Part shown: positions 15,001 through 30,000 of the stretch, one piece after another | How positions within the stretch are numbered: the first letter of the stretch is position 1 | Layout: every line of letters begins with the position of its first letter | Assembly (NCBI GenBank): GCA_964016885.1 | Contig: CAXHJY010001738.1 | Coordinates: 1-64,000, forward strand | Length of the DNA: 64,000 nt | Origin: Eledone cirrhosa | Taxonomy: Eukaryota | Direction: 5' to 3' | The notes under the pieces: model-generated | What the model was told of the DNA's origin: nothing | Seen by the model: only the letters and a program-made list of their open reading frames with translations | The model's database searches: none | Program-made: the position numbers and the translations under genes

Positions 15001-18000
15001 GAGTTCAAGCTACCATAACTGATAGTCCTCGGTGGAATATATATAACGTCTGAAGAGTTCAAGCTACCATAACTGATAGTCCTCAGTGGAATATATATAA
15101 CGTCTGAAGAGTTCAAGCTACCATAATTGATAGTCCTCAGTGGAATATATATAACGTCTGAAGAGTTCAAGCTACCATAACTGATAGTCCTCAGTGGAAT
15201 ATGTATAACGTCTGAAGAGCTCATGCTACCATAACTGATAGTCCTCGGTGGAATATATATAACGTCTGAAGAGTTCAAGCTACCATAATTGATAGTCCTC
15301 GGTGGAATATATATAACGTCTGAAGAGCTCAAGCTACCATAACTGATAGTCCTCGGTGGAATATATATAACGTCTGAAGAGTTCAAGCTACCATAACTGA
15401 TAGTCCTCGGTGGAATATATATAACGTCTGAAGAGTTCAAGCTACCATAATTGATAGTCCTCGGTGGAATATATATAACGTCTGAAGAGCTCAAGCTACC
15501 ATAACTGATAGTCCTCGGTGGAATATGTATAACGTCTGAAGAGCTCAAGCTACCATAACTGATAGTCCTCGGTGGAATATATATAACGTCTGAAGAGTTC
15601 AAGCTACCATAACTGATAGTCCTCAGTGGAATATGTATAACGTCTGAAGAGCTCAAGCTACCATAACTGATAGTCCTCGGTGGAATATATATAACGTCTG
15701 AAGAGTTCAAGCTACCATAACTGATAGTCCTCGGTGGAATATATATAACGTCTGAAGAGCTCAAGCTACCATAACTGATAGTCCTCAGTGAAATATGTAT
15801 AACGTCTGAAGAGTTCAAGCTACCATAATTGATAGTCCTCAGTGAAATATGTATAACGTCTGAAGAGTTCAAGCTGTCATAACTGATAGTCCTCGGTGGA
15901 ATATGTATAACGTCTGAAGAGCTCAAGCTACCATAATTGATAGTCCTCAGTGAAATATGTATAACGTCTGAAGAGTTCAAGCTACCATAATTGATAGTCC
16001 TCAGTGAAATATGTATAACGTCTGAAGAGTTCAAGCTACCATAACTGATAGTCCTCAGTGGAATATGTATAACGTCTGAAGAGTTCAAGCTACCATAATT
16101 GATAGTCCTCAGTGAAATATGTATAACGTCTGAAGAGTTCAAGCTGTCATAACTGATAGTCCTCAGTGAAATATGTATAACGTCTGAAGAGTTCAAGCTA
16201 CCATAACTGATAGTCCTCAGTGAAATATGTATAACGTCTGAAGAGTTCAAGCTACCATAACTGATAGTCCTCAGTGAAATATGTATAACGTCTGAAGAGT
16301 TCAAGCTACCATAACTGATAGTCCTCAGTGAAATATGTATAACGTCTGAAGAGCTCAAGCTACCATAACTGATAGTCCTCAGTGGAATATGTATAACGTC
16401 TGAAGAGCTCAAGCTACCATAACTGATAGTCCTCAGTGGAATATGTATAACGTCTGAAGAGTTCAAGCTACCATAACTGATAGTCCTCAGTGGAATATGT
16501 ATAACGTCTGAAGAGTTCAAGCTACCATAATTGATAGTCCTCAGTGAAATATGTATAACGTCTGAAGAGTTCAAGCTACCATAACTGATAGTCCTCAGTG
16601 AAATATGTATAACGTCTGAAGAGTTCAAGCTACCATAACTGATAGTCCTCGGTGGAATATATATAACGTCTGAAGAGTTCAAGCTACCATAACTGATAGT
16701 CCTCAGTGGAATATATATAACGTCTGAAGAGCTCAAGCTACCATAACTGATAGTCCTCAGTTGAATATATATAACGTCTGAAGAGTTCAAGCTACCATAA
16801 TTGATAGTCCTCAGTGGAATATATATAACGTCTGAAGAGTTCAAGCTACCATAATTGATAGTCCTCAGTGGAATATATATAACGTCTGAAGAGTTCAAGC
16901 TACCATAATTGATAGTCCTCAGTGGAATATATATAACGTCTGAAGAGTTCAAGCTACCATAATTGATAGTCCTCAGTTGAATATATATAACGTCTGAAGA
17001 GTTCAAGCTACCATAATTGATAGTCCTCAGTGGAATATATATAACGTCTGAAGAGTTCAAGCTACCATAATTGATAGTCCTCAGTGGAATATATATAACG
17101 TCTGAAGAGTTCAAGCTACCATAACTGATAGTCCTCAGTGGAATATGTATAACGTCTGAAGAGTTCAAGTTACCATAACTGATAGTCCTCAGTGGAATAT
17201 GTATAACGTCTGAAGAGTTCAAGCTACCATAACTGATAGTCCTCAGTGGAATATATATAACGTCTGAAGAGTTCAAGCTACCATAACTGATAGTCCTCAG
17301 TGGAATATATATAACGTCTGAAGAGTTCAAGCTACCATAACTGATAGTCCTCAGTGGAATATATATAACGTCTGAAGAGTTCAAGCTACCATAACTGATA
17401 GTCCTCAGTGGAATATATATAACGTCTGAAGAGTTCAAGCTACCATAACTGATAGTCCTCAGTGGAATATATATAACGTCTGAAGAGTTCAAGCTACCAT
17501 AACTGATAGTCCTCAGTGGAATATATATAACGTCTGAAGAGTTCAAGCTACCATAACTGATAGTCCTCAGTGGAATATGTATAACGTCTGAAGAGTTCAA
17601 GCTACCATAACTGATAGTCCTCAGTGGAATATATATAACGTCTGAAGAGTTCAAGCTACCATAACTGATAGTCCTCAGTGGAATATATATAACGTCTGAA
17701 GAGTTCAAGCTACCATAACTGATAGTCCTCAGTGGAATATGTATAACGTCTGAAGAGTTCAAGCTACCATAACTGGTAGTCCTCAGTGGAATATGTATAA
17801 CGTCTGAAGAGTTCAAGCTACCATAACTGATAGTCCTCAGTGGAATATGTATAACGTCTGAAGAGTTCAAGCTACCATAACTGATAGTCCTCAGTGGAAT
17901 ATGTATAACGTCTGAAGAGTTCAAGCTACCATAACTGATAGTCCTCGGTGAAATATCTATAACGTCTGAAGAGTTCAAGCTACCATAACTGATAGTCCTC

Positions 18001-21000
18001 AGTGAAATATGTATAACGTCTGAAGAGTTCAAGCTACCATAACTGATAGTCCTCAGTGGAATATGTATAACGTCTGAAGAGTTCAAGCTACCATAACTGA
18101 TAGTCCTCAGTGAAATGTGTATAACGTCTGAAGAGTTCAAGCTACCATAACTGATAGTCCTCAGTGGAATATGTATAACGTCTGAAGAGTTCAAGCTACC
18201 ATAATTGATAGTCCTCAGTGAAATATGTATAACGTCTGAAGAGATCAAGCTACCATAACTGATAGTCCTCAGTGGAATATGTATAACGTCTGAAGAGTTC
18301 AAGCTACCATAATTGATAGTCCTCAGTGAAATATGTATAACGTCTGAAGAGTTCAAGCTACCATAACTGATAGTCCTCAGTGAAATATGTATAACGTCTG
18401 AAGAGCACAAGCTACCATAATTGATAGTCCTCAGTGAAATATGTATAACGTCTGAAGAGTTCAAGCTACCATAACTGATAGTCCTCAGTGAAATATGTAT
18501 AACGTCTGAAGAGCACAAGCTACCATAATTGATAGTCCTCAGTGAAATATGTATAACGTCTGAAGAGATCAAGCTACCATAACTGATAGTCCTCAGTGGA
18601 ATATGTATAACGTCTGAAGAGTTCAAGCTACTATAACTGATAGTCCTCAGTGGAATATGTATAACGTCTGAAGAGTTCAAGCTACCATAATTGATAGTCC
18701 TCAGTGAAATATGTATAACGTCTGAAGAGATCAAGCTACTATAACTGATAGTCCTCAGTGAAATATGTATAACGTCTGAAGAGCTCAAGCTGTCATAACT
18801 GATAGTCCTCAGTGGAATATGTATAACGTCTGAAGAGTTCAAGCTACCATAACTTATAGTCCTCAGTGGAATATGTATAACGTCTGAAGAGCTCAAGCTA
18901 CGATAACTGATAGTCCTCGGTGGAATATATATAACGTCTGAAGAGTTCAAGCTACCATAATTGATAGTCCTCAGTGAAATATGTATAACGTCTGAAGAGT
19001 TCAAGCTACCATAACTTATAGTCCTCAGTGGAATATGTATAACGTCTGAAGTGTTCAAGCTACCATAACTGATAGTCCTCAATGGAATACGTATAACGTC
19101 TGAAGAGTTCAAGCTACCATAACTTATAGTCCTCAGTGGAATATGTATAACGTCTGAAGAGTTCAAGCTGTCATAACTGATAGTCCTCAGTGGAATATGT
19201 ATAACGTCTGAAGAGCACAAGCTACCATAACTGATAGTCCTCAGTGAAATATGTATAACGTCTGAAGAGTTCAAGCTACCATAACTGATAGTCCTCAGTG
19301 AAATATGTATAACGTCTGAAGAGTTCAAGCTACCATAACTGATAGTCCTCAGTGGAACATGTATAACGTCTGAAGAGTTCAAGCTACCATAACTGATAGT
19401 CCTCAGTGAAATATGTATAACGTCTGAAGAGCTCAAGCTGTCATAACTGATAGTCCTCAGTGGAATATATATAACGTCTGAAGAGTTCAAGCTACCATAA
19501 CTGATAGTCCTCAGTGAAATATGTATAACGTCTGAAGAGTTCAAGCTACCATAACTGATAGTCCTCAGTGAAATATGTATAACGTCTGAAGAGTTCAAGC
19601 TACCATAACTGATAGTCCTCAGTGGAACATGTATAACGTCTGAAGAGTTCAAGCTACCATAACTGATAGTCCTCAGTGAAATATGTATAACGTCTGAAGA
19701 GCTCAAGCTGTCATAACTGATAGTCCTCAGTGGAATATATATAACGTCTGAAGAGTTCAAGCTACCATAACTGATAGTCCTCAGTGAAATATGTATAACG
19801 TCTGAAGAGCTCAAGCTGTCATAACTGATAGTCCTCAGTGGAATATATATAACGTCTGAAGAGCTCAAGCTACCATAACTGATATTCCTCAGTGGAATAT
19901 ATATAACGTCTGAAGAGCTCAAGCTACCATAACTGATAGTCCTCAGTGAAATATGTATAACGTCTGAAGAGTTCAAGCTACCATAACTGATAGTCTTCAG
20001 TGAAATATGTATAACGTCTGAAGAGTTCAAGCTACCATAACTGATAGTCTTCAGTGAAATATGTATAACGTCTGAAGAGTTCAAGCTACCATAACTGATA
20101 GTCCTCAGTGAAATATGTATAACGTCTGAAGAGCTCAAGCTACCATAACTGATAGTCCTCAGTGGAATACGTATAACGTCTGAAGAGTTCAAGCTACCAT
20201 AGCTGATAGTCCTCGGTGAAATATGTATAACGTCTGAAGAGCTCAAGCTACCATAACTGATAGTCCTCAGTGAAATATGTATAACGTCTGAAGAGTTCAA
20301 GCTACCATAACTGATAGTCCTCAGTGAAATATGTATAACGTCTGAAGAGTTCAAGCTACCATAACTGATAGTCCTCAGTGGAATATGTATAACGTCTGAA
20401 GAGTTCAAGCTACCATAACTGATAGTCCTCAGTGAAATATGTATAACGTCTGAAGAGTTCAAGCTACCATAACTGATAGTCCTCAGTGGAATATGTATAA
20501 CGTCTGAAGAGCTCAAGCTACCATAACTGATAGTCCTCAGTGAAATATGTATAACGTCTGAAGAGTTCAAGCTACCATAACTGATAGTCCTCAGTGGAAT
20601 ATATATAACGTCTGAAGAGTTCAAGCTACCATAACTTATAGTCCTCAGTGCAATATGTATAACGTCTGAAGAGTTCAAGCTACCATAACTGATAGTCCTC
20701 AGTGGAATATATATAACGTCTGAAGAGTTCAAGCTACCATAATTGATAGTCCTCAGTGGAATATATATAACGTCTGAAGAGTTCAAGCTACCATAATTGA
20801 TAGTCCTCAGTGGAATATATATAACGTCTGAAGAGTTCAAGCTACCATAATTGATAGTCCTCAGTGAAATATATATAACGTCTGAAGAGTTCAAGCTACC
20901 ATAATTGATAGTCCTCAGTGGAATATATATAACGTCTGAAGAGTTCAAGCTACCATAATTGATAGTCCTCAGTGGAATATATATAACGTCTGAAGAGTTC

Positions 21001-24000
21001 AAGCTACCATAACTGATAGTCCTCGGTGGAATATATATAACGTCTGAAGAGTTCAAGCTACCATAATTGATAGTCCTCAGTGGAATATATATAACGTCTG
21101 AAGAGTTCAAGCTACCATAATTGATAGTCCTCAGTGGAATATATATAACGTCTGAAGAGTTCAAGCTACCATAATTGATAGTCCTCAGTGAAATATATAT
21201 AACGTCTGAAGAGTTCAAGCTACCATAACTGATAGTCCTCAGTGGAATATGTATAACGTCTGAAGAGTTCAAGCTACCATAATTGATAGTCCTCAGTGAA
21301 ATATATATAACGTCTGAAGAGTTCAAGCTACCATAATTGATAGTCCTCAGTGGAATATATATAACGTCTGAAGAGTTCAAGCTACCATAATTGATAGTCC
21401 TCAGTGGAATATATATAACGTCTGAAGAGTTCAAGCTACCATAACTGATAGTCCTCGGTGGAATATATATAACGTCTGAAGAGTTCAAGCTACCATAATT
21501 GATAGTCCTCAGTGGAATATATATAACGTCTGAAGAGTTCAAGCTACCATAATTGATAGTCCTCAGTGGAATATATATAACGTCTGAAGAGTTCAAGCTA
21601 CCATAATTGATAGTCCTCAGTGGAATATATATAACGTCTGAAGAGTTCAAGCTACCATAACTGATAGTCCTCAGTGGAATATGTATAACGTCTGAAGAGC
21701 TCAAGCTACCATAACTGATAGTCCTCGGTGGAATATATATAACGTCTGAAGAGTTCAAGCTACCATAACTGATAGTCCTCGGTGGAATATATATAACGTC
21801 TGAAGAGTTCAAGCTACCATAATTGATAGTCCTCGGTGGAATATATATAACGTCTGAAGAGCTCAAGCTACCATAACTGATAGTCCTCGGTGGAATATAT
21901 ATAACGTCTGAAGAGCTCAAGCTACCATAACTGATAGTCCTCGGTGGAATATATATAACGTCTGAAGAGCTCAAGCTACCATAACTGATAGTCCTCGGTG
22001 GAATATATATAACGTCTGAAGAGTTCAAGCTACCATAATTGATAGTCCTCAGTGAAATATGTATAACGTCTGAAGAGTTCAAGCTACCATAACTGATAGT
22101 CCTCGGTGGAATATATATAACGTCTGAAGAGTTCAAGCTACCATAACTGATAGTCCTCGGTGGAATATATATAACGTCTGAAGAGCTCAAGCTACCATAA
22201 CTGATAGTCCTCAGTGAAATATGTATAACGTCTGAAGAGTTCAAGCTACCATAACTGATAGTCCTCAGTGAAATATGTATAACGTCTGAAGAGTTCAAGC
22301 TACCATAACTGATAGTCCTCAGTGGAATATGTATAACGTCTGAAGAGCTCAAGCTACCATAACTGATAGTCCTCAGTGGAATATGTATAACGTCTGAAGA
22401 GCTCAAGCTACCATAACTGATAGTCCTCGGTGGAATATATATAACGTCTGAAGAGCTCAAGCTACCATAACTGATAGTCCTCAGTGGAATATGTATAACG
22501 TCTGAAGAGTTCAAGCTACCATAATTGATAGTCCTCAGTGAAATATGTATAACGTCTGAAGAGTTCAAGCTACCATAACTGATAGTCCTCAGTGGAATAT
22601 ATATAACGTCTGAAGAGTTCAAGCTACCATAATTGATAGTCCTCAGTGGAATATGTATAACGTCTGAAGAGTTCAAGCTACCATAACTGATAGTCCTCAG
22701 TGAAATATGTATAACGTCTGAAGAGTTCAAGCTACCATAACTGATAGTCCTCAGTGGAATATGTATAACGTCTGAAGAGTTCAAGCTACCATAACTGATA
22801 GTCCTCAGTGGAATATGTATAACGTCTGAAGAGTTCAAGCTACCATAACTGATAGTCCTCAGTGGAATATGTATAACGTCTGAAGAGTTCAAGCTACCAT
22901 AATTGATAGTCCTCAGTGAAATATGTATAACGTCTGAAGAGTTCAAGCTACTATAACTGATAGTCCTCAGTGGAATATGTATAACGTCTGAAGAGTTCAA
23001 GCTACCATAACTGATAGTCCTCAGTGGAATATGTATAACGTCTGAAGAGTTCAAGCTACCATAATTGATAGTCCTCAGTGAAATATGTATAACGTCTGAA
23101 GAGTTCAAGCTACTATAACTGATAGTCCTCAGTGGAATATGTATAACGTCTGAAGAGTTCAAGCTACCATAACTGATAGTCCTCAGTGGAATATGTATAA
23201 CGTCTGAAGAGTTCAAGCTACCATAACTGATAGTCCTCAGTGGAATATGTATAACGTCTGAAGAGTTCAAGCTACCATAACTGATAGTCCTCGGTGGAAT
23301 ATATATAACGTCTGAAGAGTTCAAGCTACTATAACTGATAGTCCTCAGTGGAATATGTATAACGTCTGAAGAGTTCAAGCTACTATAACTGATAGTCCTC
23401 AGTGGAATATGTATAACGTCTGAAGAGTTCAAGCTACTATAACTGATAGTCCTCAGTGAAATGTGTATAACGTCTGAAGAGTTCAAGCTACCATAATTGA
23501 TAGTCCTCAGTGGAATATGTATAACGTCTGAAGAGTTCAAGCTACCATAACTGATAGTCCTCAGTGGAATATGTATAACGTCTGAAGAGTTCAAGCTACC
23601 ATAACTGATAGTCCTCAGTGGAATATGTATAACGTCTGAAGAGTTCAAGCTACCATAACTGATAGTCCTCAGTGGAATATGTATAACGTCTGAAGAGTTC
23701 AAGCTACCATAACTGATAGTCCTCAGTGGAATATGTATAACGTCTGAAGAGTTCAAGCTACCATAACTGATAGTCCTCAGTGGAATATGTATAACGTCTG
23801 AAGAGTTCAAGCTACCATAATTGATAGTCCTCAGTGAAATATGTATAACGTCTGAAGAGTTCAAGCTACTATAACTGATAGTCCTCAGTGGAATATGTAT
23901 AACGTCTGAAGAGTTCAAGCTACCATAACTGATAGTCCTCAGTGGAATATGTATAACGTCTGAAGAGTTCAAGCTACTATAACTGATAGTCCTCAGTGGA

Positions 24001-27000
24001 ATATGTATAACGTCTGAAGAGTTCAAGCTACTATAACTGATAGTCCTCAGTGGAATATGTATAACGTCTGAAGAGTTCAAGCTACTATAACTGATAGTCC
24101 TCAGTGGAATATGTATAACGTCTGAAGAGTTCAAGCTACTATAACTGATAGTCCTCAGTGGAATATGTATAACGTCTGAAGAGTTCAAGCTACTATAACT
24201 GATAGTCCTCAGTGGAATATGTATAACGTCTGAAGAGTTCAAGCTACTATAACTGATAGTCCTCAGTGGAATATGTATAACGTCTGAAGAGTTCAAGCTA
24301 CTATAACTGATAGTCCTCAGTGGAATATGTATAACGTCTGAAGAGTTCAAGCTACTATAACTGATAGTCCTCAGTGGAATATGTATAACGTCTGAAGAGT
24401 TCAAGCTACCATAACTGATAGTCCTCAGTGAAATGTGTATAACGTCTGAAGAGCTCAAGCTGTCATAACTGATAGTCCTCAGTGGAATATGTATAACGTC
24501 TGAAGAGTTCAAGCTACCATAACTGATAGTCCTCAGTGGAATATGTATAACGTCTGAAGAGCTCAAGCTACGATAACTGATAGTCCTCGGTGGAATATAT
24601 ATAACGTCTGAAGAGTTCAAGCTACCATAATTGATAGTCCTCAGTGAAATATGTATAACGTCTGAAGAGTTCAAGCTACCATAACTTATAGTCCTCAGTG
24701 GAATATGTATAACGTCTGAAGTGTTCAAGCTACCATAACTGATAGTCCTCAATGGAATACGTATAACGTCTGAAGAGTTCAAGCTACCATAACTTATAGT
24801 CCTCAGTGGAATATGTATAACGTCTGAAGAGTTCAAGCTGTCATAACTGATAGTCCTCAGTGGAATATGTATAACGTCTGAAGAGCACAAGCTACCATAA
24901 CTGATAGTCCTCAGTGAAATATGTATAACGTCTGAAGAGTTCAAGCTACCATAACTGATAGTCCTCAGTGAAATATGTATAACGTCTGAAGAGTTCAAGC
25001 TACCATAACTGATAGTCCTCAGTGGAACATGTATAACGTCTGAAGAGTTCAAGCTACCATAACTGATAGTCCTCAGTGAAATATGTATAACGTCTGAAGA
25101 GCTCAAGCTGTCATAACTGATAGTCCTCAGTGGAATATATATAACGTCTGAAGAGTTCAAGCTACCATAACTGATAGTCCTCAGTGAAATATGTATAACG
25201 TCTGAAGAGTTCAAGCTACCATAACTGATAGTCCTCAGTGAAATATGTATAACGTCTGAAGAGTTCAAGCTACCATAACTGATAGTCCTCAGTGGAACAT
25301 GTATAACGTCTGAAGAGTTCAAGCTACCATAACTGATAGTCCTCAGTGAAATATGTATAACGTCTGAAGAGCTCAAGCTGTCATAACTGATAGTCCTCAG
25401 TGGAATATATATAAGGTCTGAAGAGTTCAAGCTACCATAACTGATAGTCCTCAGTGAAATATGTATAACGTCTGAAGAGCTCAAGCTGTCATAACTGATA
25501 GTCCTCAGTGGAATATATATAACGTCTGAAGAGCTCAAGCTACCATAACTGATATTCCTCAGTGGAATATATATAACGTCTGAAGAGCTCAAGCTACCAT
25601 AACTGATAGTCCTCAGTGAAATATGTATAACGTCTGAAGAGTTCAAGCTACCATAACTGATAGTCTTCAGTGAAATATGTATAACGTCTGAAGAGTTCAA
25701 GCTACCATAACTGATAGTCTTCAGTGAAATATGTATAACGTCTGAAGAGTTCAAGCTACCATAACTGATAGTCCTCAGTGAAATATGTATAACGTCTGAA
25801 GAGCTCAAGCTACCATAACTGATAGTCCTCAGTGGAATACGTATAACGTCTGAAGAGTTCAAGCTACCATAGCTGATAGTCCTCGGTGAAATATGTATAA
25901 CGTCTGAAGAGCTCAAGCTACCATAACTGATAGTCCTCAGTGAAATATGTATAACGTCTGAAGAGTTCAAGCTACCATAACTGATAGTCCTCAGTGAAAT
26001 ATGTATAACGTCTGAAGAGTTCAAGCTACCATAACTGATAGTCCTCAGTGGAATATGTATAACGTCTGAAGAGTTCAAGCTACCATAACTGATAGTCCTC
26101 AGTGAAATATGTATAACGTCTGAAGAGTTCAAGCTACCATAACTGATAGTCCTCAGTGGAATATGTATAACGTCTGAAGAGCTCAAGCTACCATAACTGA
26201 TAGTCCTCAGTGAAATATGTATAACGTCTGAAGAGTTCAAGCTACCATAACTGATAGTCCTCAGTGGAATATATATAACGTCTGAAGAGTTCAAGCTACC
26301 ATAACTTATAGTCCTCAGTGCAATATGTATAACGTCTGAAGAGTTCAAGCTACCATAACTGATAGTCCTCAGTGGAATATGTATAACGTCTGAAGAGCTC
26401 AAGCCACCATAACTGATAGTCCTCAGTGGAATATATATAACGTCTGAAGAGCTCAAGCTACCATAACTGATAGTCCTCAGTTGAATATGTATAACGTCTG
26501 AAGAGCTCAAGCTACCACAACTGATAGTCCTCAGTGAAATATGTATAACGTCTGAAGAGCTCAAGCTACCATAACTGATAATCCTCAGTGAAATATGTAT
26601 AACGTCTGAAGAGTTCAAGCTACCATAACTGATAGTCCTCAGTGGAATATGTATAACGTCTGAAGAGTTCAAGCTACCATAACTGATAGTCCTCAGTGGA
26701 ATATGTATAACGTCTGAAGAGCTCAAGCTACCATAACTGATAGTCCTCAGTGAAATATGTATAACGTCTGAAGAGTTCAAGATACTATAACTGATAGTCC
26801 TCAGTGGAATATGTATAACGTCTAGAGAGTTCAAGCTACCATAACTGATAGTCCTCAGTGAAATATGTATAACGTCTGAAGAGTTCAAGCTACCATAACT
26901 GATAGTCCTCCGTGAAATATGTATAACGTCTGAAGAGTTCAAGCTACCATAACTGATAGTCCTCAGTGGAATATGTATAACGTCTGAAGAGTTCAAGCTA

Positions 27001-30000
27001 CCATAACTGATAGTCCTCCGTGAAATATGTATAACGTCTGAAGAGTTCAAGCTACCATAACTGATAGTCCTCAGTGGAATATATATAACGTCTGAAGAGT
27101 TCAAGTTACCATAACTGATAGTCCTCAGTGGAATATGTATAACGTCTGAAGAGTTCAAGTTACCATAACTGATAGTCCTCAGTGGAATATATATAACGTC
27201 TGAATAGTTCAAGCTACCATAACTGATAGTACTCAGTGGAATATGTATAACGTCTGAAGTGTTCAAGCTGTCATAACTGATAGTCCTCAGTGAAATATGT
27301 ATAACGTCTGAAGAGTTCAAGTTACCATAACTGATAGTCCTCAGTGAAATATGTATAACGTCTGAAGAGTTCAAGCTACCATAACTGATAGTCCTCAGTG
27401 AAATATGTATAACGTCTGAAGAGTTCAAGTTACCATAACTGATAGTCCTCAGTGAAATATGTATAACGTCTGAAGAGTTCAAGCTACCATAACTGATAGT
27501 CCTCAGTGAAATATGTATAACGTCTGGAGAGTTCAAGCTACCATAACTGATAGTCCTCAGTGAAATATGTATAACGTCTGAAGAGTTCAAGCTACCATAA
27601 CTGATAGTCCTCAGTGAAATATGTATAACGTCTGAAGAGTTCAAGCTACCATAACTGATAGTCCTCAGTGAAATATGTATAACGTCTGAAGAGTTCAAGT
27701 TACCATAACTGATAGTCCTCAGTGAAATATGTATAACGTCTGAAGAGTTCAAGCTACCATAACTGATAGTCCTCAGTGAAATATGTATAACGTCTGGAGA
27801 GTTCAAGCTACCATAACTGATAGTCCTCAGTGAAATATGTATAACGTCTGAAGAGTTCAAGCTACCATAACTGATAGTCCTCAGTGAAATATGTATAACA
27901 TCTGAAGAGTTCAAGCTACCATAACTGATAGTCCTCAGTGGAATATGTATAACGTCTGAAGAGTTCAAGTTACCATAACTGATAGTCCTCAGTGGAATAT
28001 GTATAACGTCTGAAGAGTTCAAGCTACCATAACTGATAGTCCTCAGTGGAATATGTATAACGTCTGAAGAGTTCAAGCTACCATAACTGATAGTCCTCAG
28101 TGGAATATGTATAACGTCTGAAGAGTTCAAGCTACCATAACTGATAGTCCTCAGTGAAATATGTATAACGTCTGAAGAGCTCAAGCTGTCATAACTGATA
28201 GTCCTCAGTGGAATATGTATAACGTCTGAAGAGTTCAAGCTACCATAACTGATAGTCCTCAGTGAAATATGTATAACGTCTGAAGAGTTCAAGCTACCAT
28301 AACTGATAGTCCTCGGTGGAATATATATAACGTCTGAAGAGTTCAAGCTACCATAATTGATAGTCCTCAGTGAAATATGTATAACGTCTGAAGAGTTCAA
28401 GCTACCATAACTGATAGTCCTCAGTGGAATATGTATAACGTCTGAAGAGTTCAAGCTACCATAACTGATAGTCCTCAGTGGAATATGTATAACGTCTGAA
28501 GAGCTCAAGCTACCATAACTGATAGTCCTCAGTGGAATATGTATAACGTCTGAAGAGTTCAAGTTACCATAACTGATAGTCCTCAGTGGAATATGTATAA
28601 CGTCTGAAGAGTTCAAGTTACCATAACTGATAGTCCTCAGTGGAATATGTATAACGTCTGAAGAGTTCAAGTTACCATAACTGATAGTCCTCAGTGGAAT
28701 ATGTATAACGTCTGAAGAGTTCAAGCTACCATAACTGATAGTCCTCAGTGGAATATGTATAACGTCTGAAGAGTTCAAGTTACCATAACTGATAGTCCTC
28801 AGTGGAATATGTATAACGTCTGAAGAGTTCAAGTTACCATAACTGATAGTCCTCAGTGGAATATGTATAACGTCTGAAGAGTTCAAGTTACCATAACTGA
28901 TAGTCCTCAGTGGAATATGTATAACGTCTGAAGAGTTCAAGTTACCATAACTGATAGTCCTCAGTGGAATATGTATAACGTCTGAAGAGTTCAAGTTACC
29001 ATAACTGATAGTCCTCAGTGGAATATGTATAACGTCTGAAGAGTTCAAGTTACCATAACTGATAGTCCTCAGTGGAATATGTATAACGTCTGAAGAGTTC
29101 AAGTTACCATAACTGATAGTCCTCAGTGGAATATGTATAACGTCTGAAGAGTTCAAGTTACCATAACTGATAGTCCTCAGTGGAATATGTATAACGTCTG
29201 AAGAGTTCAAGTTACCATAACTGATAGTCCTCAGTGGAATATGTATAACGTCTGAAGAGTTCAAGTTACCATAACTGATAGTCCTCAGTGGAATATGTAT
29301 AACGTCTGAAGAGTTCAAGTTACCATAACTGATAGTCCTCAGTGGAATATGTATAACGTCTGAAGAGTTCAAGCTACCATAACTGATAGTCCTCAGTGGA
29401 ATATGTATAACGTCTGAAGAGTTCAAGTTACCATAACTGATAGTCCTCAGTGGAATATGTATAACGTCTGAAGAGTTCAAGTTACCATAACTGATAGTCC
29501 TCAGTGGAATATGTATAACGTCTGAAGAGCTCAAGCTACCATAACTGATAGTCCTCGGTGGAATATGTATAACGTCTGAAGAGTTCAAGTTACCATAACT
29601 GATAGTCCTCAGTGGAATATGTATAACGTCTGAAGAGTTCAAGTTACCATAACTGATAGTCCTCAGTGGAATATGTATAACGTCTGAAGAGCTCAAGCTA
29701 CCATAACTGATAGTCCTCGGTGGAATATGTATAACGTCTGAAGAGTTCAAGCTACCATAACTGATAGTCCTCAGTGGAATATGTATAACGTCTGAAGAGT
29801 TCAAGTTACCATAACTGATAGTCCTCAGTGGAATATGTATAACGTCTGAAGAGCTCAAGCTACCATAACTGATAGTCCTCGGTGGAATATGTATAACGTC
29901 TGAAGAGTTCAAGCTACCATAACTGATAGTCCTCAGTGGAATATGTATAACGTCTGAAGAGCTCAAGCTACCATAACTGATAGTCCTCGGTGGAATACGT

